The notes: generated from the sequence alone by a model not told the origin. 64,000 nt of DNA from an uncultured delta proteobacterium (GCA_963771175.1 CAVYSY010000024.1:192001-256000), one strand, 5' to 3'; positions 49,662 to 62,161 are shown, counted from the first letter of the stretch. Numbers and translations: made by a program.

Positions 49662-49901
49662 GGAGTGTCCTGCTCTAGTGCCGCGCGCCCCGGCTGTCCA
49701 CGATACGATGTAACCCCCCTGGACCCTGGCGAAGGGAGGGTCCGAGCGCGGCCTTCCAGGGTAAGCACGGTCAGAAGGCGTACGGGCGGGCGCCTGCCAG
49801 GCCACCGGGTCGCGGCGCAGTGTCTGGCGCTACGGCTTCCAACCCTGAGAAGAGGACCCCACGCGGCCACCTGCAAGGGGCTCGGCCTGCCGCTGCGCGT
49901 C

Positions 49902-50007
49902 CCCTTACCCGTGTCCCCCTGATTTTACTCGGACCATCTCACACCCACCTTGCACCACCTCATCCCACTCGAATCCGCGCTGGAGAGGCACGCTGGGGGC
50001 ACATGGA
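49902..50007. repeat. Degenerate copy of island-end sequence (homologous to 62197-62321)
   Basis: Shared blocks CCCTTACCCG, TGATTT(T)ACTCGG, CACCTCATCCCAC, CCGCGCTGGAG, GGGGCACATGG in the same order. Confidence 0.8.
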
Positions 50008-50058
50008 CGTGCCCCATCACCACACAGGCCCTCATCTGTGACTGGTATGGAGGCGCGC

Positions 50059-51981
50059 ATGAGGAAGCGCATCCTGGATGGTCCAACGACTCGCTCCGCC
50101 GACCATGTGGCCGAGAACGTGGCGAAGCTGAAGGAACTGTTTCCCGATGCGTTCACGGAGGGGAAGGTCGACTTCGACGTACTCAAGCAGGTCCTCGGCG
50201 GGGCCGTGGACGAGCGCGAGGAGAAGTACGGGCTCAATTGGCACGGGAAGCGGCGAGCCCGCCAACTCGCGCTGACGCCGTCGACCGGGACCTTGCGCCC
50301 CTGCCCCGAGGAGAGCGTGGACTGGGAGACGCACCCAGAACCTCTTCATCGAGGGTGACAACCTGGAAGTCTTGAAGTTGTTGCAGAAGAGCTACGCCGG
50401 GAAGGTGAAGCTCATCTACATCGACCCGCCCTATAACACTGGCAAGGACTTCGTCTATCCGGACGACTTTCAGGACAACATCAAGAATTACCTGGAGCTG
50501 ACCGGGCAGGTGGAGGGCGGACAGAAGATCACGTCCAACACCGAGGCGTCGGGGCGGTTTCATACGGATTGGTTGAACATGATGTATCCGCGGCTGAAGC
50601 TGGCGCGGGACCTACTGCAAGAGGAGGGCCTGATATTCGTCAGCATCGACGACGGCGAGCACGTTCGCCTGGCGGCGACGCTCGATGAGATTTTCGGGCC
50701 GGAGAACTTCGTCGCCAACTTCATCTGGAAGCGGAAGGCCGGCGGTGGTGACGACAGCGGACACGTTGCCGCGGAGCACGAGTACGTTGTTTGCTATGCG
50801 CGGGACCTGCCGCGAGCTGGCGTGGCTGCGATTCAGCACGAAAGCCCGGCGATGACAGCGAAATACAATCGTTCGGAGAACGGGCGCCGGTACTACCTGG
50901 AACGTCTCGACAAGACGAGCCTGACGTATAGCCCGTCGATGGACTTCGAGATTGAATGTCCGGATGGGACGAAGACTCGTCCGCCCCAGCCAGACCCGCG
51001 CGTGCCGACAACCATCTGGAGGTGGAGTCGCTCAAAAGTCGAGGAGAGGCGACAGGAGCTCGTGTTCGATCGCGACAATAAAACAAACGAATGGCGCATC
51101 TACACCAAGACCATGGAGTCCCTCGACGGCGTAACTCCACGCAGCCTGCTGGTGGATACCGAGCATGGCCGGAACCGTGATGGCACCCAGGAGCTCGCGG
51201 AACTGCTTGGGACGAAGGTCTTCAACAATCCCAAGCCGCTCAAGCTCCTGGGCCATCTGCTTTCGATTGGAGCGAAGGACAAGGACGCCGTGGTCTGCGA
51301 CTTCTTCGCTGGCTCGGGGTCGACGGGGCACGCCCTCTTTCGCCAGAACCTGAGCGATGCAGGGCATCGGCGGTTCATCCTCGTGCAGTTGCCAGAGCCG
51401 TTGCATCCGGATGATTCGCGCGAGCGTGCCGCTACCGAATTCTGTGACAATCTCGGAAAGCCTCGAACGATCTCCAGAATTGACGAAGGAACGCCTTCGC
51501 CGTGCAGGCAAGAAGATTCAGGAAGACGCCACGGCGAATCCCGGCGATCTCGGCTTCCGCGTGTTCAAGCTCGACAGCTCGAACATTCGCGCCTGGGAGC
51601 CGAACCGGGACGCGTTGAAGGACTCCCTCTTCGACAGCTTGGAGCACATCAAGGAGGGCCGGAGCCCGGACGACATCCTCTACGAGCTGCTGCTCAAGCT
51701 CGGCCTCGATCTGTGCGTGCCCATCGAGCAGCGGACCATCGCCGGCAAGACGGTCCACAGCATCGGCGGCGGCGTGCTGATGGTCTGCCTCGCCGAGAAG
51801 ATCGCCGCGCGAGGACGTCGAGCCGCTGGCGCTGGGCATCGTCGAGTGGCACAAGGAGCTGGCCCCGGCCGGCGAGACCACCTGCGTCTTCCGCGACAGC
51901 GCCTTCGCCGACGACGTGGCCAAGACGAACCTCGCGGCCATCCTCGAGCAGCACGGCCTGGCGAACGTGCGGAGCCTGTAG
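50059..51981 (+). CDS. mod: Type III R-M methyltransferase subunit (frameshifts near 50332, 51480, 51810)
   Basis: EKYGLNWHGK, IEGDNLEVLKLL, IYIDPPYNTG, DFFAGSGSTG, FILVQLPE, GFRVFKL. Confidence 0.92.
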
Positions 51982-51993
51982 GAGCGTCCGGCG

Positions 51994-54900
51994 ATGAAGC
52001 TTCACTTCGAGCCGAACCTCGACTACCAGCTCCAGCGCCATCGAGGCGGTCTGCGACCTGTTCCGCGGCCAGGAGATCTGCCGCACCGAGTTCACCGTCA
52101 CCCGCGAGCGCTCGGCGGACCTGCAGCTCCTGCCCGGCATGCGAGAGCGACCTCGGCATCGGCAACCGGCTCACACTGCTCGACGACGAGCTGCTCGAGA
52201 ACCTCGAACGACATCCAGCTCCGCAACGGCCTGCGCCCCGTCGGCAGACGCTCGCCTCCGGCGATTTCACCGTGGAGATGGAGACCGGCACCGGCAAGAC
52301 CTACGTCTACCTGCGCACGATCTTCGAGCTGAACAAGCGCTACGGCTTCACCAAGTTCGTCATCGTGGTGCCGTCGGTGGCCATCAAGGAAGGCGTCTAC
52401 AAGACGCTCCAGATCACCGAGGAGCACTTCCGCGGCCTCTACGCCAACGCGCCCTTCGACTACTTCCTCTACGACTCGGCCAAGCTCGGCCAGGTGCGCA
52501 ACTTCGCCACCAGCCCGCACATCCAGATCATGGTGGTGACGGTCGGCGCCATCAACAAGAAGGACGTCAACAACCTCTACAAGGACAGCGAGAAGACCGG
52601 CGGCGAGAAGCCCATCGACCTGATCAAGGCCACGCGCCCCATCCTCATCGTGGACGAGCCGCAGAGCGTGGACGGCGGCCTCGAGGGGCGCGGCAAGGAG
52701 GCGCTCGGCGCGCATGAACCCGCTCTGCACGCTGCGCTACTCGGCCACGCACGTCGACAAGCACCACATGGTCTACCGGCTCGACGCGGTGGACGCCTAC
52801 GAGCGCAAGCTGGTCAAGCAGATCGAGGTCGCCTCGGCCACCGTCGAGGGCGCCCACAACAAGCCCTACGTGCGGCTGGTCTCCGGTCGAGCAACAAGCG
52901 GCGGCGTCATCACGCGCGAAGGTCGAGCTGGACGTGCAGACGGCCGACGGCGTCCGGCGCCGGCGAGGTGACCGTCCAGGACGGCGACGACCTGGAGCAG
53001 ACCACCGGCCGCGCCGATCTACGCCGACTGCCGCATCGGCGAGATCCGCGTCGGGCAAGGGCAACGAGTTCCTGGAGCTGCGCGTGCCCGGCGGCGAGCA
53101 GTACCTGACGCCCGGCCAGGCCTGCGGCGACGTGGACGCCGCTGGCCGTGCAGCGGCAGATGATCCGCCGCACGATCAAGGAGCACCTCGACAAGGAGAA
53201 GCGCCTGCGCCCGCAGGGCATCAAGGTGCCTCAGCCTGTTCTTCATCGACGCGGTGGACCAGCTACCGGCAGTACGACGCGCGACGGCAACCCGGTGAAG
53301 GGCGACTACGCCCGCATCTTCGAGGAGGAGTACCGGCGCGCTGGCCAAGCACCCGGACTACCAGACGCTCTTCAAGGAGGTGGACCTGACGCGCGCCGCC
53401 GAGCGAGGTCCACGACGGCTACTTCTCCATCGACAAGAAGGGCGGCTGGACCGACACCGCCGAGAACAACCAGGCGAACCGCGACAACGCCGAGCGCGCC
53501 TACAACCTGATCATGAAGGACAAGGAGAAGCTGCTGAGCTTCGAGACGCCGCTCAAGTTCATCTTCTCCCACTCGGCGCTGCGCGAAGGCTGGGACAACC
53601 CGAACGTCTTCCAGATTTGCACCCTGCGCGACATGGGCACCGAGCGCGAGCGCCGCCAGACCATCGGCCGCGGCCTGCGTCTGTGCGTGAACCAGAAGGG
53701 CGAGCGCCTGCGCGGCTTCGAGATCAACACGCTGACCGTCATCGCCACCGAGAGCTACGAGCAGTTCGCCGAGAACCTGCAGAAGGAGATCGAGGAGGAC
53801 ACCGGCATCCGCTTCGGCATCGTGGAAGAGCACCAGTTCGCCGCGATCGCCGTGACGGGACGCGGACGGCAGACCGACGCCGCTGGGCGTCGAGCAGTCG
53901 AAGGCGCTCTGGGAGCACCTGCAAGGCGCCGGGCTACATCGACGCCAAGGGCAAGGTGCAGGACTCGCTGCGCAAGGCGCTGAAGGACGGCACGCTGTCC
54001 GCTGCCGCCGAGCGTTCGAGGCCCAGCTCCAGCAGGATCGACGGAGATTCTCCGCAAGCTCGCCGGGCGGCTGGAGATCAAGAACGCCGACGAGCGCAAG
54101 CCGATTGCGCACCGCGGCAGGCCGTGCTGCACAGCGAGGAGTTCAAGGCGCTGTGGGATCGCATCAAGCACAAGACCACCTACCGCGTGCAGTTCGACAA
54201 CGAGAAGCTGATTGCAGAGCTGCGTCACGGCGCTCCGCGACGCGCCGCCGATCGCCAAGACCCGCGCTGCAATGGCGCAAGGCCGACCTCGCCATCGGCA
54301 AGGCGGGCGTGGAGGCGACGGAGACGCAGACGCTGCCGCGCCGGTGGTCCTCGACGAAGGCGACATCGAGCTGCCCGACCTGCTGACCGACCTGCAGGAC
54401 CAGACCCAGCTCACCCGCCGCACCATCTACCGCATCCTGACCGAGAGCGGCCGGCTCGACGACTTCAAGCGCAACCCGCAGCAGTTCATCGAGCTTGCGT
54501 GGCCGAGGCCATCAACCGCAGCAAGCGGCTCGCCCTGGTGGACGGCATCAAGTACCAGCGGCTCGGCGACGAGCACTACTACGCCCAGGAGCTGTTCGAG
54601 GAGGAGGAGCTGACCGGCTATCTCAAGAACATGCTGGCGGCGACGAAGTCGGTCTACGAGCACGTCGTCTACGACTCGGACGTCGAAGCGAACCTTCGCC
54701 GAGCAGCTGGAGAAGAACGAGGCGGTCAAGGTCTACGCCAAGCTCCCGGGCTGGTTCAAGGTGCCGACGCCGCTCGGACGCTACAACCCGGACTGGGCCG
54801 TGCTGGTCGAGAAGGACGAGGGCGAGCGCCTCTACTTCGTGGTCGAGACCAAGAGCAGCCTGTTCACGGACGACCTGCGCGACAAGGAAAGCGCGAAGAT

Positions 54901-55009
54901 CGAATGCGGCAAGGCCCACTTCGCCAGCCTCGGAGTCAGCGAGCCGCCGCCCAAGTACACCGTCGCGCGGACGCTCGAGCAGGTCCTAAACGAGGTCGAG
55001 CCGACCTGA
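51994..55009 (+). CDS. res: Type III R-M restriction subunit (heavily frameshifted)
   Basis: EMETGTGKT, DEPQ, LRYSATH, SALREGWDNPNVFQICTL, QTIGRGLRL, YNPDWA..VETK nuclease motif. Confidence 0.92.
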
Positions 55010-55019
55010 TACCACCCGG

Positions 55020-56449
55020 TCACTGGCTCGTCCCCGGAGGCTGCGTGCTCGCCAGCCATCCCCCGCCGAGCGCTTTGTAGAGGTTGACGAGGTTGGACAG
55101 GCGGGAGAGCTGCGCGTCGATGAGCGTCTGCTGGGCGTTGTAGAGGTCTCGCTGAGCCGACAACAGCGTGATGTAGCTGTCCACGCCCGCCCGGTAGCGC
55201 TGTTCGGACAAGCGGAAGCGCTGCTCCTCGGCCGCCACCCGCTCCGTCTGCGCCTTGAGCTGTTCCTCGAAGGAGGCGCGGGCGACGAGGGCATCCGCCA
55301 CCTCGCGGAATGCCGTCTGGATGGAGGCCTCATAGCGGGCAATCTCGATGGACTTGGAGACCTCCGCCACCTCGAGGTTCGCCCGGAGCCGGCCGCCGGT
55401 GAAGATGGGCAGGCGAATCTGGGGCACGAAGCTCCAGACGCCCGCACCGCCGGAGAAGAGCCCGACGAGCTCCGTGCTGGAGACGCCACCGGACCCCGTC
55501 AGAGTGATGGACGGGAAGAACGCGGCACGCGCCGCCCCGATGTTCGCGTTGGCCGCCTTGAGCTGGTGCTCGGCCTGGAGGATGTCGGGCCTGCGCTGCA
55601 GCAGGTCCGACGGCAGTCCCGCGGGCAGGTCCGCGAGGAGCTTCTGGGTGGACAGGGGCCGCGGCGCGGGAAGCTCGGCGGGCAGGGGGCGGCCAATGAG
55701 GAGCACCAGGGCGTTCTCCGCCTGAGCGTACTGGCGCTTATAGAGTTCCAGGGTGAAACGGCTGGCGTGGACCTGGGTCTCCGCCGTGCGCAGGTCCAGT
55801 TCGGAAGCCCGGCCGAGCTCGTAGCTGCGCCGGGTGATGTCGAAGGAAGCCTGCACCGTCTCGAGTGTCTGGCGGGCGAGGGCCAACTGTTCGTCGAGCG
55901 CGCGCTGGGTGAGGTAGGCCCGGGCGACCTCCGCCACGAGCGACAGGTGCGCGCTGCGCTGCGCCTCGCCCAGTGCGAGGTACTGCTCCAGTGCCTGGTT
56001 GTTGAGGCTGCGCACCCGGCCGAAGAAGTCGAGCTCGTAGGCCGTCACGCCCACGCCCACACTGTAGGCGTTGAGGGTCGTGGCCTCCCCCGTCGGGCTC
56101 TGGAAGGCGGGCATCCGCTGGATGGCGTCGCTGGCGGTGGCGTTGACCGTGGGGAAGAGGTCCGCGCGCTGGATGCGGTACTGCGCCCGGGCGCGCTCCA
56201 CGTTCAGCGCGGCGATGCGCAGGCTGCGGTTGTTCTCGAGGGCCAGGGAGATCAGCTCCGCAGGCGCTCATCCCCGAAGACGTCCCGCCAGCCAATGTCG
56301 GCCGCGTGCACGCCCGTCTGCCCCTCGCCGCCCTCCCCTCCTGGAAACACGGAGACGACGGGTGCCTCGGGACGCTGGTACTTCGGCGCGAGCGTGCAGC
56401 TCGCCAGCAGGGCCGCGCTCGCGGCGGCCAGCAGAGAATGCCTAACCAT
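55020..56449 (-). CDS. RND efflux outer-membrane lipoprotein (OprM/NodT family; frameshift near 56258)
   Basis: Lipobox [30 protein letters not shown]. Confidence 0.9.
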
Positions 56450-59400
56450 GGACCGCACCTCCGGCGGTGGCAGGCGCCTGGGGAGCCGCGGTGGGCTCCC
56501 TCGAGAACCTGCGGAGAATGACGACGAAGAACAGCGGCACGAAGAAGACGGCCAGCACGGTGGCGGAGATCATGCCGCCGATCACGCCGGTGCCGATGGC
56601 GTTCTGGCTGCCCGAGCCGGCGCCGCTGGCGATGGCCAGCGGCAGCACGCCGAGGATGAAGGCGAGCGAGGTCATGATGATCGGGCGCAGGCGCATGCGG
56701 CACGGCTTCGAGCGCCGCGTCGAGCAGGCTCCTGCCCTGCTCGTACAGCTCCTTGGCGAACTCGACGATCAGGATGGCGTTCTTGGCCGACAGACCGATG
56801 GTGGTGAGCAGGCCGACCTGGAAGTAGACGTCGTTGCTGCAGGCCGCGCCATCAGCGCGGCCAGCAGCGCGCCGAGGACGCCGAGCGGCACCACCAGCAT
56901 GACCGACGAACGGGATCGACCAGCTCTCGTAGAGCGCGGCCAGGCAGAGGAACACGACCAGCAGCGAGAGGGCGTAGAGCATCGGCGCCTGGGAGCCGGA
57001 CAGCCGCTCCTCGTAGGACAGGCCGGTCCACTCGATAGCCGATGCCGGCGGCAGCTGCTGGACGAGCTCCTCCATCGCGCGCCATCGCCTCGCCGGAGCT
57101 GTTGCCCGGCGCGGCCTCGCCGAGGATCTCGACCGAGGGGATGCCGTTGTAGCGCTCCAGCTTCGGCGAGCCGTAGGTCCACTCGCCGGTGGCGAAGGCC
57201 GAGAACGGCACCATCTCGCCCTGCGCGTTGCGCACGTACCAGCGGTCGAGGTCCTCCGGCTGCATGCGGAAGGGCGCATCGCGCCTGCATGTAGACCTTC
57301 TTCACGCGACCGCGGTCGATGAAGTCGTTGACGTAGGTGCCGCCCCAGGCCGAGGACAGGGTGGTGTTGATGTCCGCCAGCGACAGGCCCAGCGCCGCTC
57401 GCCTTCTCCTGGTCGATGTCGACGCTGGAACTGCGGCGTGTCGTCGAGGCCGTTGGGGCGCACCTTCGTCAGCGCCGGGTTCTGCGCGGCCAGCCCGAGG
57501 AGCTGGTTGCGCGCCGCGCATCAGCGCCTCATGGCCGAGTCCGCCGCGGTCCTGCAGGTACACGTCGAAGCCCGTGGCGTTGCCCAGCTCCAGGACCGCC
57601 GGCGGCACGAAGGCGAAGACCATGCGCGTCCTTGAGCTGCGAAGAACACTGCCATCGCGCGGCCCGCCAGCGCCTTCGACGTTCTGCGCGGGCGGCTCGC
57701 GCTCGCTCCCAGTCCTTGAGCTGCACGAAGGCCATGCCGGCGTTCTGGCCGCGGCCGCCGAAGCTGAAGCCGGCGATGGCCGAAGACCGAGCTCGACGGC
57801 GTCCTTCTCCTCGTCGAGGTAGTAGTCCGCACCTTCTCGAGGACCGCTGGTCGGTCCGCTCGCAGCGTGGCGCCGGCCGGCAGCTGCACCTGCGCGAAGA
57901 TGCACGCCCTGGTCCTCGTCCGGCAGGAAGGCGGTCGGCAGGCGGACGAACAGCAGGCCCATGCCGCCGACGATCGCCACGTAGACGACCATGGAGCGGC
58001 CCGTGCGTCCCGAGCAGCACGCCGCACGACGCCGCTGCGTAGCGTGTCAGCGCCGCGCTCGAAGGTGCGGTTGAACCAGCCGAAGAAGCCGCGCCGTTCT
58101 CGTGGCCGTGGCCGTGCGGCCATCGGCTTGAGCAGGTGGCGCAGAGCGCCGGGGTGAGCGATCAGCGCCACCAGCACCGACAGCACCATGGCCGACGACG
58201 ATGGTGATGGAGAACTGCCGGTAGATGACGCCGGCCGAGCCGCCGAAGAAGGCCATCGGCACGAACACCGCCGACAGCACCAGGCCGATGCCGATCAGCG
58301 CGCCGGTGATCTGCTCCATCGACTTGCGCGTCGCCTCCTTCGGCGACAGGCCCTCCTCGCTCATCACGCGCTCGACGTTCTCGACCACCACGATGGCGTC
58401 GTCCACCAGCAGGCCGATGGCCAGCACCATGGCGAACATGGTCAGCGTGTTGATGCTGATAGCCGAACACCGCCAGCACGCCGAAGGTGCCGAGCAGCAC
58501 CACCGGCACCGCGATGGTCGGGATCAGCGTGGCGCGGAAGTTCTGCAGGAACAGGAACATCACCAGGAAGACGAGCACGATGGCCTCGATCAGCGTCTTG
58601 ACCACCTCCTCGATGGACGAGGCGCACGAAGGGCGTGGTGTCGTAGGGATAGATCACCTTGCACGCCCGGCCGGGAAGAACGTCTGCGAGCTCGCTCGAC
58701 GCTGTCGCGCACCGCCGGCCACGGTGTCCAGCGCGTTGGCGCCGGTCGGCCAGCTTGATGGCCATCGCCGCGGCCGGCTTGCCGTTGTAGCGCGCTGGCT
58801 GATGTCGTAGTTCTCGCCGCCGAGCTCGACGCGGGCGACGTCGCGCAGCGCACCTGCGAGCCGTCCGGCGTTGACGCGCAGCAGGATGTTGCCGAACTGC
58901 TCCGGCGTCTGCAGGCGGCTCTGCGCCGTGACGGTGGCGTTGAGCTGCTGGCCCGGCGATCGCCGGCAGGCCGCCGAGCTGGCCGGCGGAGACCTGCACG
59001 TTCTGCGCCTGGATGGCGCCGCTCGACGTCCGCCGGCGTCAGCTGGTAGTTCATGAGCTTGTCCGGGTCGAGCCAGATGCGCATGGCGTACTGGCGCGCC
59101 GAAGAGCTGGACGTCGCCCACGCCGCGGCACGCGGCTGAGCGGGTCCTGCACGTTGGCGGCCATGTAGTCGCCGAGGTCGTAGCCGGTCATGCTGCCGTC
59201 GTCGGAGATGAAGCCGACGATCATCAGGAAGTTGTTGCACGGCCTTGTCGACGCGCACGCCCTGCTGCTGCACCTCCTGCGGCAGCAGCGGCGTGGCCAG
59301 CTGCAGCTTGTTCTGCACCTGCACCTGGGCGATGTCCGGGTTGGTGCCGGCGTCGAAGGTCAGCGTGATGGTCACGTGCCGTCCGAGTCGCTCGCCGAGT

Positions 59401-59637
59401 CCATGTAGCGCAGGTCGTCGAGCCCGTTGAGCTGCTGCTCGATGACCTGCGTGACGGTGTTCTCGACCGTCTCGGCCGAGGCGCCGGGGTAGATGGCGCT
59501 GATGCTCACGCGCGGCGGCGCGATGCTCGGGTACTGCGCGATCGGGCAGGCTCAGGATCGACAGCGCGCCCGGCCAGCATGATGACGATGGCGATGACCC
59601 ACGCGAAGATCGGCCGGTCGATGAAGAATCTGGCCAC
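56442..59637 (-). CDS. HAE1 RND efflux permease (AcrB/MexB-like; heavily frameshifted)
   Basis: [42 protein letters not shown]. Confidence 0.9.
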
Positions 59638-59670
59638 GGAAGTTCTCGCTGATGCGGTGAGCGGATGGGC

Positions 59671-60905
59671 TCAGCGCGTGAATTGAGTGACGGGGGCACT
59701 CGCGGCGGCGGGCACGGCGCGCACCTCGCTGCCCGGCCGCACCTTCTGCAGGCCCTCGACGATGACACGGTCGCCCGCCGCCAGCCCCTCGGTGACGAGC
59801 CACTTGTCACCCACGCTCCGCGCCGCCGCGAGCGTGCGCAGCTCGACCTTGTTCCCCGCGCCGACGACGAGCGCCGTCGCCTCGCCCTTGGGGTCGCGCG
59901 TGACGGCCACCTGCGGCACGAGCAGCGCGTCCGGGTCCACGCCTTCCTCCAGCCGCGCGCGGACGAACATGCCCGGCAGCAGCCGCTGCTGGGGGTTCGG
60001 CACGAGCACCCGCAGGGTGATGGAGCCCGTGGACGGGTCCACCGTCACGTCGGAGAACTGCAGCGTGCCCGGCTCCGAGTACTCGGTGCCGTCCTCCAGG
60101 AGGAGCTTCACCTTCGCGTGCGTGGCGTCCGCGCGCTGAAGCCGCCCGCTCTCCAGTTCGCGTCGGAGCCGCAGCAACTCGGCGCTCGACTCGGAGACGT
60201 CCACGTAGAGCGGGTCGAGCTGCTGCACGGTGGCCATGAGGGTGGCCTGGCCCTGCTGGACGTAGGCGCCCTCGGTCACCGTCGCGCGGCCGATGCGGCC
60301 CGACACGGGCGCAGTGACGTGGGTGTAGCCGAGGTTGATTTGCGCCGTCTGGACGGCGGCCTTCGCCGCGGCGACGTCCGCGAGGGATACCTTGTGCGCC
60401 GCGGTGACGTTCTCGTACTCCTGCTTGCTGATGGCCCGCTCCGCCAGCAGCTCCGTGTAGCGCTCCTCCTTGAGGCGGTGTCTGCTCCAGGTTCGCCTCG
60501 GCCCGCGCGAGCGTGGCCTTGGCGCTGTCGAGCGCCGCCTGGTAGGGCTGGGGATCGATCTCGAAGAGCACCTGCCCCTCCTTCGACGTCGCTGCCCTCG
60601 GTGAAGAGCCGCTTGAGCACGATGCCGTTGACGCGGGCGCGCACCTCGGCCACCCGGTACGCGGAAGTCCGGCCCGGCAGTTCCTTGGCGAGCGCCACGG
60701 GCGCCGCGGCCAGCTGCACCACCCCTACCTCCACGGGACCCGAGGGACCCCGGCCAGTTGGAGCGCCCGGCTTGTCGCCACACGCGCCAAGAAGCAGGGC
60801 TCCGAGGGCGGCCACGCCCAAGCCCCTGACTCGCGGGGTGGGAAAAGGCCAGCGGGTACATGCCTGCTCGGCAGCTCTCTTCAGGACGGATTCTGTTTTC
60901 GCCAT
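59671..60905 (-). CDS. RND periplasmic adaptor lipoprotein (AcrA/MexA-like; frameshifts near 60480-60580)
   Basis: LGAC lipobox, ELPGRTSAYRVAEVRARV, APVSGRIG, LLPGMFVR. Confidence 0.9.
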
Positions 60906-60964
60906 CTCTCCCTCGGCCTCGGTCGGAGGGCCCCGCGGGGGCATCCACGAGGCGACAAGCAGCA

Positions 60965-61047
60965 AACTAAACCGTTCAGTTTAGTTCTATTGCCGCGGAG
61001 AGATACGGCTGGAGGCATTTCCCGTCAAGACTAAACCGTTCAGTTTA
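60965..61047. promoter_or_regulatory. Two TetR-type operators in the divergent promoter region
   Basis: ACTAAACCGTTCAGTTTA occurs twice (60966-60983, 61030-61047); the first is palindromic AACTAAAC-N6-GTTTAGTT; a TTGACG -35 on the minus strand at 61023-61028. Confidence 0.8.
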
Positions 61048-61097
61048 TTCAGTTCGAAGGGGTGATATGCGGGCCAGGCGAGCGAGAAAGGCGGGAT

Positions 61098-61715
61098 ATG
61101 AGGAAGACACCAGCGGAGCTCTCACCGACCAAGCGTGCGCAGATTCTCAGTGGCGCGTCCGCGGTCTTCAGTGACCTGGGGTACGAGCGGGCGAGCGTCG
61201 ATGCGATTGCCGCCCGCGCCGGGGTCTCCAAGGCGACGATCTACAACCACTTCGAGGACAAGAAGGCGCTGTTCGTCGCATGCCTCTCCGAGGAGACGCG
61301 CGCGGTGGAGGAGCGTCTGCGCGAGGTGCTGGACACGCCGTCGGGCGATCTGGAGCGTGACCTCCAGCTGATTGGGGAGGCCTTGATGCGCCTGCTCCTC
61401 TCACCTGCCATCCTCAAGCGGTACCGCATCTTCGCGGCACAAGTGGACCGCTTTCCGGAGCTCGGGGTGGCGCTGTTCGAGCAGGGTACGAGTGCCACGC
61501 AACTGCGGATGACCCGCTACCTGGAGCGAGCCAGCGCGACGGGGGCCTTGAGACTGGAGGACCCCGCCCAGGCCGCCCTGGACTTCCTGTCCCTCTGCCA
61601 TGGCGACATCCCCATCCGGGCACAGCTCGGGGTCCTCAAGAGCCTCACGGACGAACAGATTCGAGCCAGGGTCGCTCACGCCGTGCGTGTCTTCCTCTGT
61701 AGCTACCGCCCGTGA
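61098..61715 (+). CDS. TetR/AcrR family transcriptional regulator
   Basis: ILSGASAVF..GYERASVDAIAARAGVSKATIYNHFEDKKALF; divergent from the pump. Confidence 0.93.
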   Translation: MRKTPAELSPTKRAQILSGASAVFSDLGYERASVDAIAARAGVSKATIYNHFEDKKALFVACLSEETRAVEERLREVLDTPSGDLERDLQLIGEALMRLLLSPAILKRYRIFAAQVDRFPELGVALFEQGTSATQLRMTRYLERASATGALRLEDPAQAALDFLSLCHGDIPIRAQLGVLKSLTDEQIRARVAHAVRVFLCSYRP

Positions 61716-61918
61716 GGGCAGCCACCACCTCTTCCAACCCCTGCGCTACCAGGTGGCCACCGCCGGCCTGAGCCCCTCGGACATCGCGATGCCCATCCGC
61801 TCGCAGTTCGCTGGGCTGCCCGACGTGTCCGTACAATGGGGCGCGCAGAGAGCGTGAGCCTGGAGAAACGCAGGGTCGGCGCCGAGGACGGCGCGCGGGT
61901 GGTCGGCGAGAGCGCCTG

Positions 61919-62062
61919 GGGCCGAAGGGGGACATCGTGAGCCGCTACACGACACTCCCCTGGGAGTCCGTCTGGGCGGAGGTGGCGAAGCTGAAGGGGG
62001 AGCTCCGGTCCCCGTCGACGTCGCCGGCAGGAGGCGCGCTGCCCTCGGACGAAGCCCCGTAG
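61919..62062 (+). pseudogene. C-terminal remnant of a tyrosine recombinase/integrase
   Basis: Manual translation GPKGDIVSRYTTLPWESVWAEVAKLKGELRS...*, resembling the myxobacterial integrase tail around the catalytic Tyr; abuts att features. Confidence 0.6.
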
Positions 62063-62081
62063 CCACAGTCGAGCCACAGTC
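62061..62081. repeat. Direct repeat AGCCACAGTC x2 (putative integrase arm-type sites)
   Basis: agccacagtc-g-agccacagtc directly after the integrase remnant. Confidence 0.6.
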
Positions 62082-62090
62082 CGGATCAGC

Positions 62091-62129
62091 AAAAGAAAAA
62101 AGCCCCCGAGTCACTTGGACTCGGAGGCT
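62091..62129 (-). terminator. Rho-independent terminator downstream of the tRNA fragment
   Basis: AGCCTCCGAGTC-CAAGT-GACTCGGGGGCT followed by TTTTTCTTTT on the minus strand. Confidence 0.8.
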
Positions 62130-62135
62130 CTTTCG

Positions 62136-62161
62136 GGTTGCCCAGGGCGGGATTCGAACCC
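62136..62161 (-). mobile_element. att core: displaced 3' end of a tRNA (probably tRNA-Leu)
   Basis: Minus strand GGGTTCGAATCCCGCCCTGGGCAACC = T-arm plus acceptor 3' strand, with no 5' half; CCTGGGCA end is typical of GCCCAGG- tRNA-Leu. Confidence 0.75.

Noticed and set aside
50059..51981. Phase-variable mod (phasevarion)
   Set aside because: No simple-sequence repeat tract seen; the frameshifts look like the same insertion errors as elsewhere
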